Counted from the stretch's first letter, positions 1-12,804 are shown. The stretch is 20,000 nucleotides of DNA from Paramecium tetraurelia (GCA_000165425.1 CT868031.1:232201-252200); one strand, 5' to 3'. Numbers and translations are program-made. Notes: generated from the sequence alone by a model not told the origin.

Positions 1-445
1 AGTAGTTATAGAGATCGTTTACATCTCTTGATTCATAGAATCCTAATGAAATATATTCTCCTTATGATTGGCCAGAACCTATGTCTTATCAACTAATTAC
101 CAGACAAATCAATTCCACATACTGCAATGTTCTAAGGAAGTAAATATTCAAGTATTGTTAGAGATTCTACTCTGCTACTTGAGTTCCCATGTAAATAAAT
201 CATACATGCATGAGGCTTGTCTTGAATTCTAACAGGCTCAAATAAGCTAGCCATTTTTATATAGTTTACCTGCACTGAAGTGTTAATCCACGACTGTTTG
301 CCATTTCAAAGTCTATTCGCTTAACTACTGTGTCATGAACCATAAATATTTCATTTCCCATATCTTTTAGTCTATAATTATGTCTAGGAGGTCTAACAAT
401 AGGCTTCCATAATTTCTCTGTGCATCTATACTCTGGTTATTTCAT
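1..445 (-). CDS. Alpha/beta-hydrolase family protein (N-terminal part; runs off the left edge of the window)
   Basis: ATG at 445. After removing GTA..TAG introns 247-269 (23 nt) and 79-100 (22 nt) it reads MKQPEYRCTEKLWKPIVRPPRHNYRLKDMG...NSRGLTLQCSLFEP...CMIYLHGNSSSRVES...CGIDLSGSGQSQGEYISLGFYESRDV. The YLHGN oxyanion motif and DxSGSGxSxGEYISLG are typical of the family. Confidence 0.9.
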
Positions 446-461
446 ATTTTAATTTTTAGTA

Positions 462-1428
462 TCAATAATATAAAGTATAGGTCTTATACAAAATCATAAT
501 ATAGACTTAAGTTCCATGAATTACTGGATTTTTTACTATTTCTTTTACCATCTTGAATTAGAAATCTATAGCGCATTTTTCCCTAAACCCCATCAAGGAA
601 ATCTTAAAATTGTCATCACTCTAAACTTACCTAAAGATCATATTTCGGACTGAATAATAGTTATCTCCATGAGTTTATTAATTTCTAATACTAAGCCATT
701 TATGATAGAATTTAAGTTCTTTAATTAATCTTGAATGTTATCCTTAAGGAATTATAGGCGAATACCTCTCTTTATCAACTAAAATTCAATCTTTTACTTC
801 ATTGCAATTCAAATCTATACTTTCTGTATCTAAAGTCAACCGAAAATATTAATTTATCATATTTTCTTTTTACTGATATATTTCTGTATTACTTTTGTTT
901 ATTAAAACATATCTTCAATTGCTAAATATCCTCTACGTTATATTTATAACTTGATCCACTTGATACTATTAGGAAGCTATTCCAAATTCCCTGATTTTTA
1001 TTTTGACAATTGTTTAATTACTTATATAATTATATCTTAAGATTTAGGAAATTTCTACCTTAAAATAAATCTCTAAATATATATACTACTATTTAATTCA
1101 ACAATAACAGTATGTAAATAGGTTATATTTTTAATTCTTTTGATAAATTAAATATAACTAAATTCTTATTATAAATACTACTTGTTAGAACTCTAGACGT
1201 ATTCTTATAAGTTTTATTTCAGTTTATCTAAATCAAGAAAAAATAATGAAGGGACATAAATTTTGATGTTTTCTTTAATTACTTTATGAATTCAAGACTT
1301 ATAATAAAAATAGAAATTTATATCAAAATTGATAATAAAGGTAAGCATCAGAAAGTATGACTATATTATATTTATATTAATTAAATGTAACAGAATAAAA
1401 TTCTTTTCTTAATTAAATTAACATACTA
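462..1428 (-). pseudogene. Possible decayed gene remnant
   Basis: About 145 TGA-free codons in one minus frame (~860-1290: IHKVIKENIKIYVPSLFFLDLDKLKQNLQEYVQ...), bounded by in-frame TGAs and with no clean start or recognisable domain. The spacer is far longer than the 45-110 bp spacers elsewhere in the window. Confidence 0.25.
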
Positions 1429-4088
1429 TCATTTCTGATTTAGATGATATATTACATACTTTTCCATTTCATCAAGTAAGCAGATCTTTTAGGCTACTTT
1501 TGTTTCCTAAAATAATTCGAAATTCTAGATAGGATATTCAATAAAAACATTAGAAAACTTAAGCAAATAGAACTTAAGTTTCGTTTGGATATTGGAATTG
1601 AAAATTGAAAGCTTAACTTCTTTAAAAAAAGAGTTGAAGTATTAATGAAGCATAACAATATTTGATTTGTTGACGCTCTACTAAAATTAATTGGTAAGGT
1701 CTTTTAGCAATTCATTTCCTTTAGCGATTATTTAAGTTGGAGTAGTAGTTTACGCTGTTTTTAAGGATTCAAATATTTCTGATGTGTCTTTCCTCATTTA
1801 CTCAATATTTTTCCTTTATAGCCAATCATCGAAATTAGAATTTGATTTCACATAATATTTCTCATTATCTAGATAAATAAAATGTTGAGTTTTGAGATTG
1901 TCAAAACATATCAAACAAGAAATGCAGAAACGAATTAAGAATTATTTGAATAAGAGCATTTCATCTTGTACTTTTTAATCTTCCTTTTAGTATTCTTCGC
2001 ATGCTCTTAATACCTTAATCGCTAAAGTATGAAGAGAATGTATATACTCATATATTTCTGTAAAACAAGAACTTTGACTTGAGCTTTTCTATTAGTATTA
2101 TTATTATTAGTGTAATTATTATTGTTATTAGAGTAATTATTATTGCTGTTATTATAATTGCTACTACTACTGTTATTATTGGACTTAGTTTTATTATTAT
2201 TATTAACACTATATGATTTAAATATTCTTTTTCTTATTGAGCTATGTTTCTATATATTAATTAGAAACAATATCATTCTGAGGTTATTAAATTTTGAATT
2301 CGTTAAATACATAATGAGACTACAATTATTGCCAACTTATTCTTTTCTTTGGATCGTTTACAATCATCTAATTAATTAGTTCTGAAATTAGTGGATTCTA
2401 AAAGTAATTAAACAATTTTACTTCATGATTTGGACTTATAAATGGTGTGGTAGCTAAAGACTTATGAAATTCTAGAAGCTCGGCTTTATGTTAAAAGTTT
2501 TTAAACATTTTTTAGAATGCGATGTAATATAAAATCATGCCTAGCTAAAAAATAAAATTGCAATATTACTGAAAACATATCACTTTACTAATCGTTAGAG
2601 AAGCCTTATTAGAGCATTTCAGGAGCAGAAAATATTTTCAATTCATTTATAGAATGGGTTATACCTCTTCCAATGGTTTTGTTAATTTCCAAATCAAAGA
2701 TCTATTAAAGTATAATATTATACTTTGACAATATATTTTCCTTTCTCATTCTTTTTTAAGAGAATATTACTTGGTTTTAATTCAATATGAGCAATTTACA
2801 AATCTTTAAGGAAACAATAGCCTTCCACTATTTAGTATAATATTTCAAAAATTTCGTAGGGTTTCAAATTCTAATTTTTTAATTATAAGTCTTCTTTATA
2901 GCCTTAAAGACTGATGTCCCATTTCTCAAGTATTAGATAAGTATATTATTCACTATACTTGATTATTGCTAAAACTTTTAACACATTTTTATGATTTTTT
3001 TATTTGAGTTTATCCAAATTTTCAAGTGTTCTAGTAATTCCAATCATATTATTCTAGAAGGTTTTACAAACTAGTTCTTCGCATTTTTTTAAATGATATG
3101 CTTCATGAGATAATCCTTACAATCCTGAATCGATAGTTTTGTCAAAGTCGATGAAATAATTGTCTTCTAAGATGAGAAAATGTTGAACTACATTTAAATC
3201 TAACTACTCCCATGTGATTCTTTTTTCTGGATTATAAACAATCATTTTTTCTATTAAGCTCAAAAATTCTTTTGAATGCCTAGGGTTGTGTGGGCATGCG
3301 AGAAATTAATCTTTTTTTAATCTTTCATGGAATTCATTTAGATCCTTAAAATCTTATACATTCACCGGCTTTTCTCCTTGGTAACACAACATGTAAAGAA
3401 TGATTCCAAGCTATTGAATAATACACAAACACTAATACTGAATAGATATCGCATGTATCAGTGTATTTTTATTGATCAGAAGAATTTCTGTAAACTTCTG
3501 GAGCTGAGTAATAAGGAATTCCAGTTCTAGTTACTGCATATCCATCCTAAGTTATTCGACTCACACCAAAATCTGATATCTATGTATATATTTTATTTTT
3601 ACTTTTAATACAATTCTATTATTAGTAAGTATTTTAAAAAGAATGCTTCTGGGTGTTAAATCTCTAAGTATTATTTTGTGACTCTTTAAATAAAAATAGC
3701 CTCTCACTATTTGACTTAGAAAATCTTGGACTTCCTCTGCAGAAAACCATTTATTATTTCTCTGTTTCTATTAAAATAATTGTTCTAGGCTGCCATCACA
3801 GAGCTCGCTGAATATGAGATACTTTTTGCTATCTTCCATAATATTTTAGATATTTAAGACGTTCAAATTCTTTGTTTTTGCATTTTTAAGAGTTTCTAGT
3901 ACTTGTATTTCATTTTTTTAATTGACATATAAATGCGATTTACTTATTACCTTCACACACAATATTTCATCCTTATCTTTGTGTTAACATTTTAAAATTT
4001 AACCTCTTTTACCTTAAGCAACGATGCTCTAAGTATCTATTATGTAATCTTGTTTTGTTTCAAACCTAGAAACATTTTGATTATTCAT
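1429..4088 (-). CDS. Tandem two-domain Ser/Thr kinase-fold protein with degenerate catalytic motifs, polyQ linker and helical C-terminal region (~850 aa)
   Basis: ATG 4088, TGA 1429-1431. Introns 3580-3602, 3411-3438, 2702-2723, 2545-2569, possibly also 2398-2421. Domain 1: LCVKVI, ILRDLTPRSIL, ISDFG, YSAPE, DIYSLG, PEKRITW. Domain 2: LVCKTF, HIELKPSNIL, IFDLE, FSAPE, DMFSLG, PKKRISW. Confidence 0.9.
2089..2205 (-). repeat. TAA/TAG/CAA trinucleotide tract encoding polyglutamine in the kinase gene
   Basis: In the kinase frame it reads QQQQQNQVQQQQQQQQLQQQQQQLLQQQQQLHQQQQYQQ, mostly TAA/TAG codons. Confidence 0.9.
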
Positions 4089-4781
4089 ATTAATATTTAT
4101 ATATTAAAAATAATGAAAAGTTCTTAGTTTATATAATCATCTGCATTAGGATCGAATATAATTCTTTTTATCCTTCTGCTTCCCTTTAGGTAAATCCTTA
4201 TCTAATCTAACTATAAAAACCAATACGAGAGTAAACAAATTTTATTTGTTTCAAATAATAATATCAATTGTATGAAATTTTAATGTATAACCTGTTTTGT
4301 TATTCTTTTTTCTATTATTATGAATTTTATAGATTTTATTCATAAATTTATTACAAAATTTTGTTTTACCATAAACAGAATACTATTCAATCCTAATATA
4401 AATAATTTATCTATTAATTATTTTTGGATTATATGTATAAACTCATATGTGGTGTAGAGTCTATTAACTTTTGAATTCTACAAGAAGATTTTAAATTAGA
4501 ATGGTAAGAATCAACTGCAGAGAGTTTCAAACCATGAAATATAACCCTATATTTTTAATAATTAGTAAATGCAAATAGTTTTCTTTAATTGTTGATATTC
4601 TTTACGATTTCGTCAATTAAAAATAGAATTTGTAATGCTATATTGAGATATTTATCTATATTACCCTTGTTATGGATTTATTTAATAATCTGATATTAAT
4701 TATAGGTTTGAATTCATTATTATATATAAAAATTTCTTTAGTAAATTAGATACATCGTTATTACATATATTGTAAAAGATA

Positions 4782-6017
4782 TCATTCTAATTATTTTAAG
4801 GAAATTGGCAATTAGTTGGACTTTAATTTATTTTCTATTTCAAATATCTGATCTGACCCTGTTCTCACTTTGTTTATTCTATTTATTACTTGTGGCTATT
4901 TAATGCCAACTGATAAATTCTTTAATGTTATGCCTTCGTCCTTATCTAGTTCTTCAATAATGTCAGCCCCAGCTGAACTTAGATCCTCAAATGTTATTCT
5001 TCTGCTTGTGTTTTCTAATTGATTTAATGATTTTCTAGAGGTCAAACATTGAGCCCTTTCAACGCTTTTTAAATGCAATAAATTTGATTTAATTTATAAA
5101 TGACTTTATTAAATTTATAGTTTAGGACTTCTATTAAAGTCTTCTCCTTTCTTGAACATGTTTTCCAAGCAATCATAATCAGGCTTCTAGTCAAACTTCA
5201 AACGCTTAACATATTCCATGTATTTAGGGAGTTCAGGTGGCAAATTTATATAAGTTTCGGGTTTAAATGCCTCTTTCATTCTCTAAATCTTGTAATATTT
5301 AATGTTCTTGTCTTCTGCCATGATATTATTCCACGGTAGAGTCCCCATGAATAAATAAATTAGTAAATAACCAACCGATTCAAGATCGTCTCTCCTTGAT
5401 TATTCATTTCCCTTCAAAGCATTTATTGAAGCATAACGAGCTGTCCCTATCATGCCTTTATTTTCTCGGAATTCTAAGTGCTTTCCGTCTTAAATAAACA
5501 ATTTTGATAGTCCAAAATCAATCAAATGCAGTTTCTCTTAATGAACCACAAAATTTTCAGGTTTTATATCTCTGTGAATTATATTCGAGCTATGTAGTTC
5601 CTTAAGCAAGAGAATCATCTATTAACCCATGTTCAATATTGTTGTAGTATCTAATTTTCCACATTTTATTCTCACCTGTTCTAAATTATCTCCAAGCAAA
5701 TTCATTATAAAATAGGTGTTCTTATGATCCTACCCTGAAGTGATTAATTAAGTGAAACCTATAAATTGTAACCAATCTGATACCTTTCTTTCCTTTAAGT
5801 AAATGAAGGATCTTTATTTCCCTTTAAAGTAAGGTTTTTTCCTTCTTCATTGAATTCTTTACTAATTTACAAGCGTATATTTGGCCAGTTGAGATTTGCT
5901 TGACCTTCCATATATACCCGAAGGAACTAATGTTTATAAATGTTAGAAATACCCTTCTCCTAATTTATCAAGAAATTAATAAGATTACGAAGCTGGTTTA
6001 TTATCATAACATTTCAT
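4782..6017 (-). CDS. CK1: Casein kinase 1 family protein kinase (~394 aa)
   Basis: ATG 6017, TGA 4782-4784, introns 5927-5952 and 5759-5783. Motifs [58 protein letters not shown] and KPDYD are CK1 signatures. Confidence 0.95.
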
Positions 6018-6260
6018 TCTAAGTGAACAAAAAATATTAAATATTAATAACATGTTCATCAAAGAATAATACTCAATTAGAAGATCTTGTGATAAATTAT
6101 AATTATATCTTTAATGAATTATTTTTACACATTTACTATTATAATATATTTTTGGACTTGAGTCTCATACTAAAGATTTACTTCAATCTCCTTCTAACTA
6201 TCCCTTAATTATTACAAAATGATGAAAATTATAATATTAAACACAATTTGTTAAAATTTA

Positions 6261-8501
6261 TCATTTATTATTCTTTTATTATTAATCTTCCAATTCTTGC
6301 TTCACTTAAGAGTAATTTGGGAATTTTTACTAGAATCCTTAATTAACATTCTTTTATTGATAAAATTGATCACCAAATTGTTGCATCATAGGCATGGGAT
6401 AATTCATCGGTTGCATCTATTATTAAGGTGTTTGCTAAAACATCTCCTTCAAAAGATTATTTTACTACATCTATTGACCCATTTGACTCATCTGCAGATA
6501 CTAATCATAAAAAGCCTAAGGGGCATACCTAATTTAGTTTATAAAATGCTTATACATTAAAGGAATATATTATTAGGGCATTCCACCAGAAGCGAGTTAC
6601 TACATTTGCAACTAACTCCGGTCTAATTCAATTCAGCTTACATTTGTTTTTATTGCTAATTATTTTAAGGGTTATGGGAAATCATACTTTGAAATTACTC
6701 TGCCATTTATTAATTCATAGGTTAAACTATTTATTACATTTACCCTGGAAGTGTTTAGATTATTTGCATATTTTAACCTGGTATTTATCCCTGCATTTAT
6801 CCTGGCACCTATCCCATCATTTGTTATGGCATTTGTATCATCATTTAATCCTTACATTGGTCCCATCATTTATCCCGGTAATTGTCCCATGATAGGCATT
6901 TAAGTCATTTGCATTTAAGGATATAAAAGATTTGGATATAGAAGTTGATAGAAAGGCTGTTATTGCTATTATTATTATTGTTGTTATTACTATTATTGTT
7001 ATTGTTATTATTATAATTATTATTACTATTGCTATTATTATTATTACTATTATTATTATTATTACTATAATTATTGTTATTATTATTATTAGTATTATTG
7101 GAATTATTACTATTGCAATTATTAAAGCATGTTCTATTATTAACTAATCTAAGATTCATATGCTTATGAAAACATTGTAGGTTGGTTAATTTATTATTAT
7201 TATTAAGCTTGCTTTGGTATATTATCCTTTTATTTTGATATTTATTTTTATTTTCCACCATGCTGTCCTTCTTAAGGTTTTTATTATTTTGTCTATGGTT
7301 GTACTATCTCTTTTTTACAATCTTTTTTGCTCTCTTTTTTTTGCTTCATTATTTCCATAACTGCTTTTAGTTGAGTTTTAGGAAAAACATGTATATTTTA
7401 AGAATCCTTATTCATTATGGCAAATTGAACATCAGATAACTCATTTGAATTACTTATTGGTTCTTCATTAAATTCAAGAGTTTCCCCTTTTTACACAACA
7501 ACATCCTAATAGTGATCCTTAATTTTATTATAATCTAAGATTTAATCCTATTAATATTTTTTTAACACTTTCTCTACTATGTTTGAAGCATGAGAATCAC
7601 TTTTTTTTTGTACTGCTTTTAACTTTTTCTTTTGAATATTATTTACATCAGCTTAATTTTACTATTTTTTCTAGTCATTTTCATTTATATTATCAGATTA
7701 ATTAACATTTTACTCCTTGAGCTTCTATGCAAGTTCATTCAAATAAAATAAAATAAAGCTAATTTCTTATTATCCTAGTTCTTCAATTTTATTTAATTAA
7801 TTTATCTAATGTTTTTAAAGTTCATTCTCAATTTATTTTTTATCTAATAATTAAATATCCTTTATTCTCTAACTTTTTTAAAATTTTAAAGTATCTATTT
7901 TTAACAGAACTCTCAGTCCTATGGTTTTTCATTTCGGAAGCAATAATTTACCAATTTTTTCCATGTTTTAATATGAATTTCATAAATTAATATTCTTCAG
8001 TAGGTCCCAAGGACCTTTTTAAATTTGGGGGTTTAGTTTATTAATCCATCTATCTCGTACAAATTTTGTCAGCTTTATTGTAGATTTGTGAAACTTTTAA
8101 GATAATTCTTTTGCTATATCGCTCCAATTAAATTGTTTATTTTCTGAGATATACTAGTTGCAAATTTCTTTTAAGGCTTCGTCTTCATTTTTGCTCCATT
8201 ATTATTAATGGAATATTTATTTTTTTTAGTTTTCTAATTGTGATCTGCAATCCATTACAGATTTGTTTAGTAATTTCGAGATGATGTTCCAAACATTATC
8301 TGGTATCTGAGTATGGATTTTATTTTAATTAGAACAATAGGTCTGTATCAAAGACTTTAATAATTTGCTTTAATAGCCATTCCACTTTAAAGCCTCTGGT
8401 TGATTATTTTAAACCAAAAGAAATTGCTCTTTTATCTTTTTACAGACTTCTTCATCTAAGTTAGTTAACAATGATAAGTATTAATCAAACTCGATTTACA
8501 T
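6261..8501 (-). pseudogene. Three-repeat Myb transcription factor with polyQ and Q/M/P-rich C-terminus, disrupted as sequenced by four 1-nt indels (recent pseudogene or assembly errors)
   Basis: ATG 8501. Degenerate R1 (WNGYQSKLL...VWNIISKLL..SVMDCR), R2 (WSKNEDEALKEIC..NWSDIAKEL..VRDRWINKLNP), R3 (KGPW/TEEYQFMKFILKHGKNWQIIASEMKNHRTESSVKNRY). Frame breaks near 8003, 7876, 6848 and 6618. As read it stops at TGA 7980-7982; the natural stop is TGA 6261-6263. Confidence 0.75.
6957..7120 (-). repeat. Long (TAA/TAG/CAA)n tract encoding polyglutamine in the Myb gene
   Basis: About 50 Gln codons with a few Leu/Phe/Tyr interruptions in the Myb frame. It produces the spurious poly-N and poly-I ORFs in the supplied track. 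Confidence 0.92.
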
Positions 8502-9312
8502 TTTAATTTTATCAATATAATATATATCAATATATCAATTAAGTAATAATACGTTTTAAAAAATTCGAATTATCATTGCTGGTTGTTTATATTTTCATTC
8601 AAAAGGTATAGCTGATAACTATTATTTGAATCTATTGTATAAAAATTTATTTCTAAAATTTGAATATATAAAGTAGCCTAAAATTATAGAATTTTAAATG
8701 AAATCATGTCTTAGCAAATTTTGGGATGTTTTGAGAATTTTGCTTCCGTTATATTTTCAAATTCAATTATTTAATCATTAGTTTTTGATATTAATCAATA
8801 GACTCTATAAAATCCGAATTTAGACAAAAAATGAGTTTAAATTAAACTTTTTTTACATTTTTTCTAATATTTCAAGGTGTGAAGAGTTATGAACTATTTT
8901 TCATTACATCTCAATTATCAAATCAAGTAGTAAAGAATAAGATTATAACTTATTTAAATCTTTGCATAAATCTAAATTTCTATTATATGGCAACCATTAG
9001 AAGAGCTATTATCGATTTATTTGATCATTCTTATTGGTGATTTATATTTTATATACTTCTAAAGTCAATATAAAAAATAAAAAATAAATTTAATTTTTAA
9101 GAATTTTTTAATTCTAAGGAATTAAAGAAATATCTATAACTCAATCTTAAATTATGTAATATCATAATAAATAGAAAATACACAATTTTATTTGTAAAAG
9201 GTTAGTTATTTTTATTGCTTTTGTTGATTCACAAAGGTTCAATTGATTTAAAATTTTAAGTTCATAATAATATATAAATAATAATTATTATACCAAATTT
9301 ATAGTTTTAAAA

Positions 9313-10692
9313 TCATTCAATGACTTCTACATTCAATGTTTTCTTTTCTATTAATGGATACATGATAAATGCTTTGAACAGCTCTTAAAATTCTTCTTCA
9401 TTTATAATATTCTTGGTATTATTTGAAACTATCGAGAAAATACCTTCTATTGATTCCTGCTTAGGGTCATTATTTATTAGAAACTTCATTTGGGTAATTT
9501 TACTGACCTATGTATTATCAAATAAACTCAATAAAAATAACTCAATTTTTGAAAGTTCATTTATCATATTTGAAAACACTAATTTTTGCTTAGCAAATTT
9601 TTACAATTTAGTTAAGGTGGTTTTACTTTTTTTGTCCTACGATTTTTTGAGTGAATCATAATTTTAAATAAGGTTTTTTAAAATTGCTTCTACAAGAACA
9701 TTTTGCAAGAGATATTCATTATAATATGATGCTAGATATTAAACCATCATAATAATGCTAACGATTGATCCTACTTGTGCTAGAATTTCTCCTAATTTAG
9801 GATAAACTATTTATATTTCATAAGAGAAGGGATCTAAACGTATTGTAAATGTTAAAAATGATTCCATATAAAACAGTTGTTGGAAAAAGTCAATAGAAAT
9901 TGTACTCATTAAAAATTGAGCATCAAATATAAAGTTTTATTCATTAAAATTTCCAAATAATATTCCTGTATCTATGAGTGTTTTTTACTATTTCAGAATT
10001 ACTTATATTTATTACGCTCTTTCTTTCTCAAATGAAATGTAATATTACTTTTTTACAACATCAAAATTCTAGTTTTTTGAATTAAAATACTTAAAATTTA
10101 TCCAAAAGCTTAGGATATTAGTCTATTATGCAAAAAAATTGTCAATCACATCTTATTTTGCACAAGTTTAATTTCCCAATAGTAATTATTGCTTGCATGT
10201 AGTAATAATAATGATAAATTCTTTTGTTTGATTTAATTTAGGATTGAATTCGCTATTTTATATTATATTCAGGTCTTCTACATAACTTAATTTGCTGTTG
10301 TAAGTGGATAATGTTGTTGTGTTGCTTAACAATGAAAATGGCTCTTAAGGTATACCAGAAATAATATATATTCCTACTGGCATCAATATGTTATCTGTTG
10401 TTCTAAAAGGATCAATTGATTCATTTGAGTACCTCCAATAACATAGTTCAACAAGATTTTCATTACTAAACTAAATGGATGAATAGTTTTCAGCCTTTAT
10501 AGTATTTGTTGATTTTGGTAAGATATTAGAATTTCTCCATTAATCCATCACATAAATAAAGTATCCTAAACTAACTGCAGTTACAATAATTGACAACACT
10601 CCTCCTAAAAATGATTTTTAAAGTTTTTCTTCAGAATGTATTTCCTATTTTAATTATGCTCCAAAAATATCAGCCATTTAAACATACTTCAT
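9313..10692 (-). CDS. Intronless two-transmembrane protein with large luminal/extracellular loop (459 aa), paralogue of the gene at 18828
   Basis: ATG 10692 to TGA 9313-9315, 460 codons with no intron needed. MKYVQMADIFG...KSFLGGVLSIIVTAVSLGYFIYVM (TM1), C-x10-C pair, IDTGILFG, RLDPFS, YPKLGEILAQVGSIVSIIMMVQYLA (TM2). Confidence 0.88.
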
Positions 10693-11111
10693 TTTATTTT
10701 GATATAAAATATTAAATTTCAGTCAAAGATACTTATTAATTTACAAAGTAAGAAAAAATCTTTCCTTTTCAATAAGATTAAGTAATGAAAAATATTTAAC
10801 CTATTATTGAGATTGACAAAAGGTAACTAATTGAACTCGTTTCAATAATAAAATATATTATTATTCAAAATGAGATGAATTAAACAAATTTTAGAGATAC
10901 TTGAAATAAAGAACTGGTTATAAAACAAATATTATAAGTATTCTTTAATTTAATATATCAGCTGCTATTGCTAATTGTGAAATAATATTTAATAATATTG
11001 ATGCATTATAAATTTTAAGAATTAAGAAATAAATAATTGAACTATTTACCAATATATTATAAGTTTATAAAGATATGTAATTCTTAAATAAATTATATTC
11101 TATAAGATTAA

Positions 11112-12804
11112 TCAGCTGGTGATTTTTTTATGTTGTTTAATCATATTTTAGATTTCATCAAGTACTTTGATTTTGCTTTGCTAAGCTTATTTTTATTATA
11201 TGACATAATCCTTAGTTTTTAAAGCTTCTTTTTCTTCAAAAACTCTTTCACTTTCCATCAACTTGACTTTTTCCTCTAACTAAAATATTATATATAGATT
11301 AGATACATATTTTTATTCAGATTATAATGTTTTTTAATTTTATTTAACTTTAAGGTATTTGTTTTTGTATGCATTAACTTATTCATCACTGGAGATTAAT
11401 TACTTCTTTAATTCTGAGATTATTTTTTTTTATTCTTATGTTTCATCTTTTGACTCATTTAATTAGCGAATTAAAGATTCAACTCTGCTTTCAATCTAAT
11501 ATAAATCCTATCGAGATAAATAAATCTAATACTTCTTCGTGTTATTATTTTAAGTAAGCTATTTCTTTATCAGATTCATATAATAGATGCTAGAACTTCT
11601 TATTCTCTTGATGAAACTATTCAATGTCAAACAACATCTATGATTTTTCATTTTAATCTAACTAATATTAAACATCATATTGAGCTAATTTATCCTCATA
11701 AGCTTAAAGCAAAGACTTTTAAGATTCTAACTTTTACTTAAATTCCATAACTTCTTGAACTTAAAAGTTAGCTTCTTTCAAAGTTTAATCAGTCTTATTC
11801 CTCTAATCTTCTAGTTGTGATTACAATCTCAAATAATCATGTTTTTAATCTTATATAACTTTATGATAAGACAATTCTTCTTTTTATAATTGAGTAATTT
11901 GTGACTCCAATTATTAGATTTGATTTAATAAGGATTTAGTCTTTTCTTTTTTTCTATTAATTTATATTAGATATTCGCTTTATAACTATTGCTTTTCTAA
12001 TTCAATTTTATTGATATCTTATTGATGACGTTAATCATTGAGTTTAATAAACTTTTCAGCTTCATCAATTTTAGATATTTAATTATCGATTGCTATTTAC
12101 AAGATCTTTTTTTCTTCTTATATTTCTTTGATCTTTGATTCCAATAGTTGTATATTTTACCTATCATCTTAAGCTCCCATTTCAAAATATTTACATTAAT
12201 CTTCTTTTTATTACAATGCTTATTTTAAAATATTATTTTCATCTTTTAATATCAAATATCTCTTGTCATATTCTTTTCTAAATATTCAATTAAATTTGAT
12301 ACATCTCAGCTTATAAGGAATCATTAATTCGTTACACTCTATCTAAATCAACTTAGAAGGTGGCTTTCTAGTCATCCAATCTAGAATCGATTGTTTTTGA
12401 TGAATCCTTAAGTAACCTGATTTTAGTCTTTTTCTTTTACAATTTAATTTTTAATTCATTAAGTTGTGTTTTGAGATCTTCATTGCCTTTATTTTAGGAC
12501 TCTGCTTTTTCCTTCTCAAATTTAAGTAATTATTCATCTTTTGTTTATAACAATCTGTCTTTCTCTTTTGTGTCTTAAATATACTCTCTTAAGGCAGCCT
12601 AGAATTTATTCTTGAGATTACTTTTAATTTTGAGTTAAGATCTTTAAGTTTATTATATTTTTCTCTGGATACATATCCTGAGTTATTTTAAACAGTGAGA
12701 TCCTTCCATCCATTAGGAGAGCTACTGGTCAATAGATCGATATCTCTTCTGCCTTAAAAATTTCTAGTCAGAAGATCATTGCTCGAACCTTGATTAGTTC
12801 TCAT
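11112..12804 (-). CDS. Long coiled-coil protein of unknown function (~530-540 aa)
   Basis: ATG 12804, TGA 11112-11114. Introns 12599-12621, 12278-12302, 11508-11532 and probably 11280-11306. Continuous E/K/Q/L-rich heptad-like sequence (YVSREKYNKLKDLNSKLKAALREY...KIKVLDEIQNMIKQHKK). Confidence 0.85.

Noticed and set aside
2158..2379. Plus-strand poly-Leu ORF from the track
   Set aside because: Antisense shadow of the TAA/TAG polyQ region of the kinase gene.
6297..7261. Track ORFs rich in L/H, poly-I and poly-N
   Set aside because: Antisense or off-frame readings of the Q/M-rich tail and polyQ of the Myb gene.
7828..8014. Euplotes-type programmed frameshifting or IES retention in the Myb gene
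   Set aside because: Euplotes shifts occur at stop codons (AAA-TAR), but TAR is Gln here. The shifts go in both directions and no IES-like insert of 26 bp or more is present.
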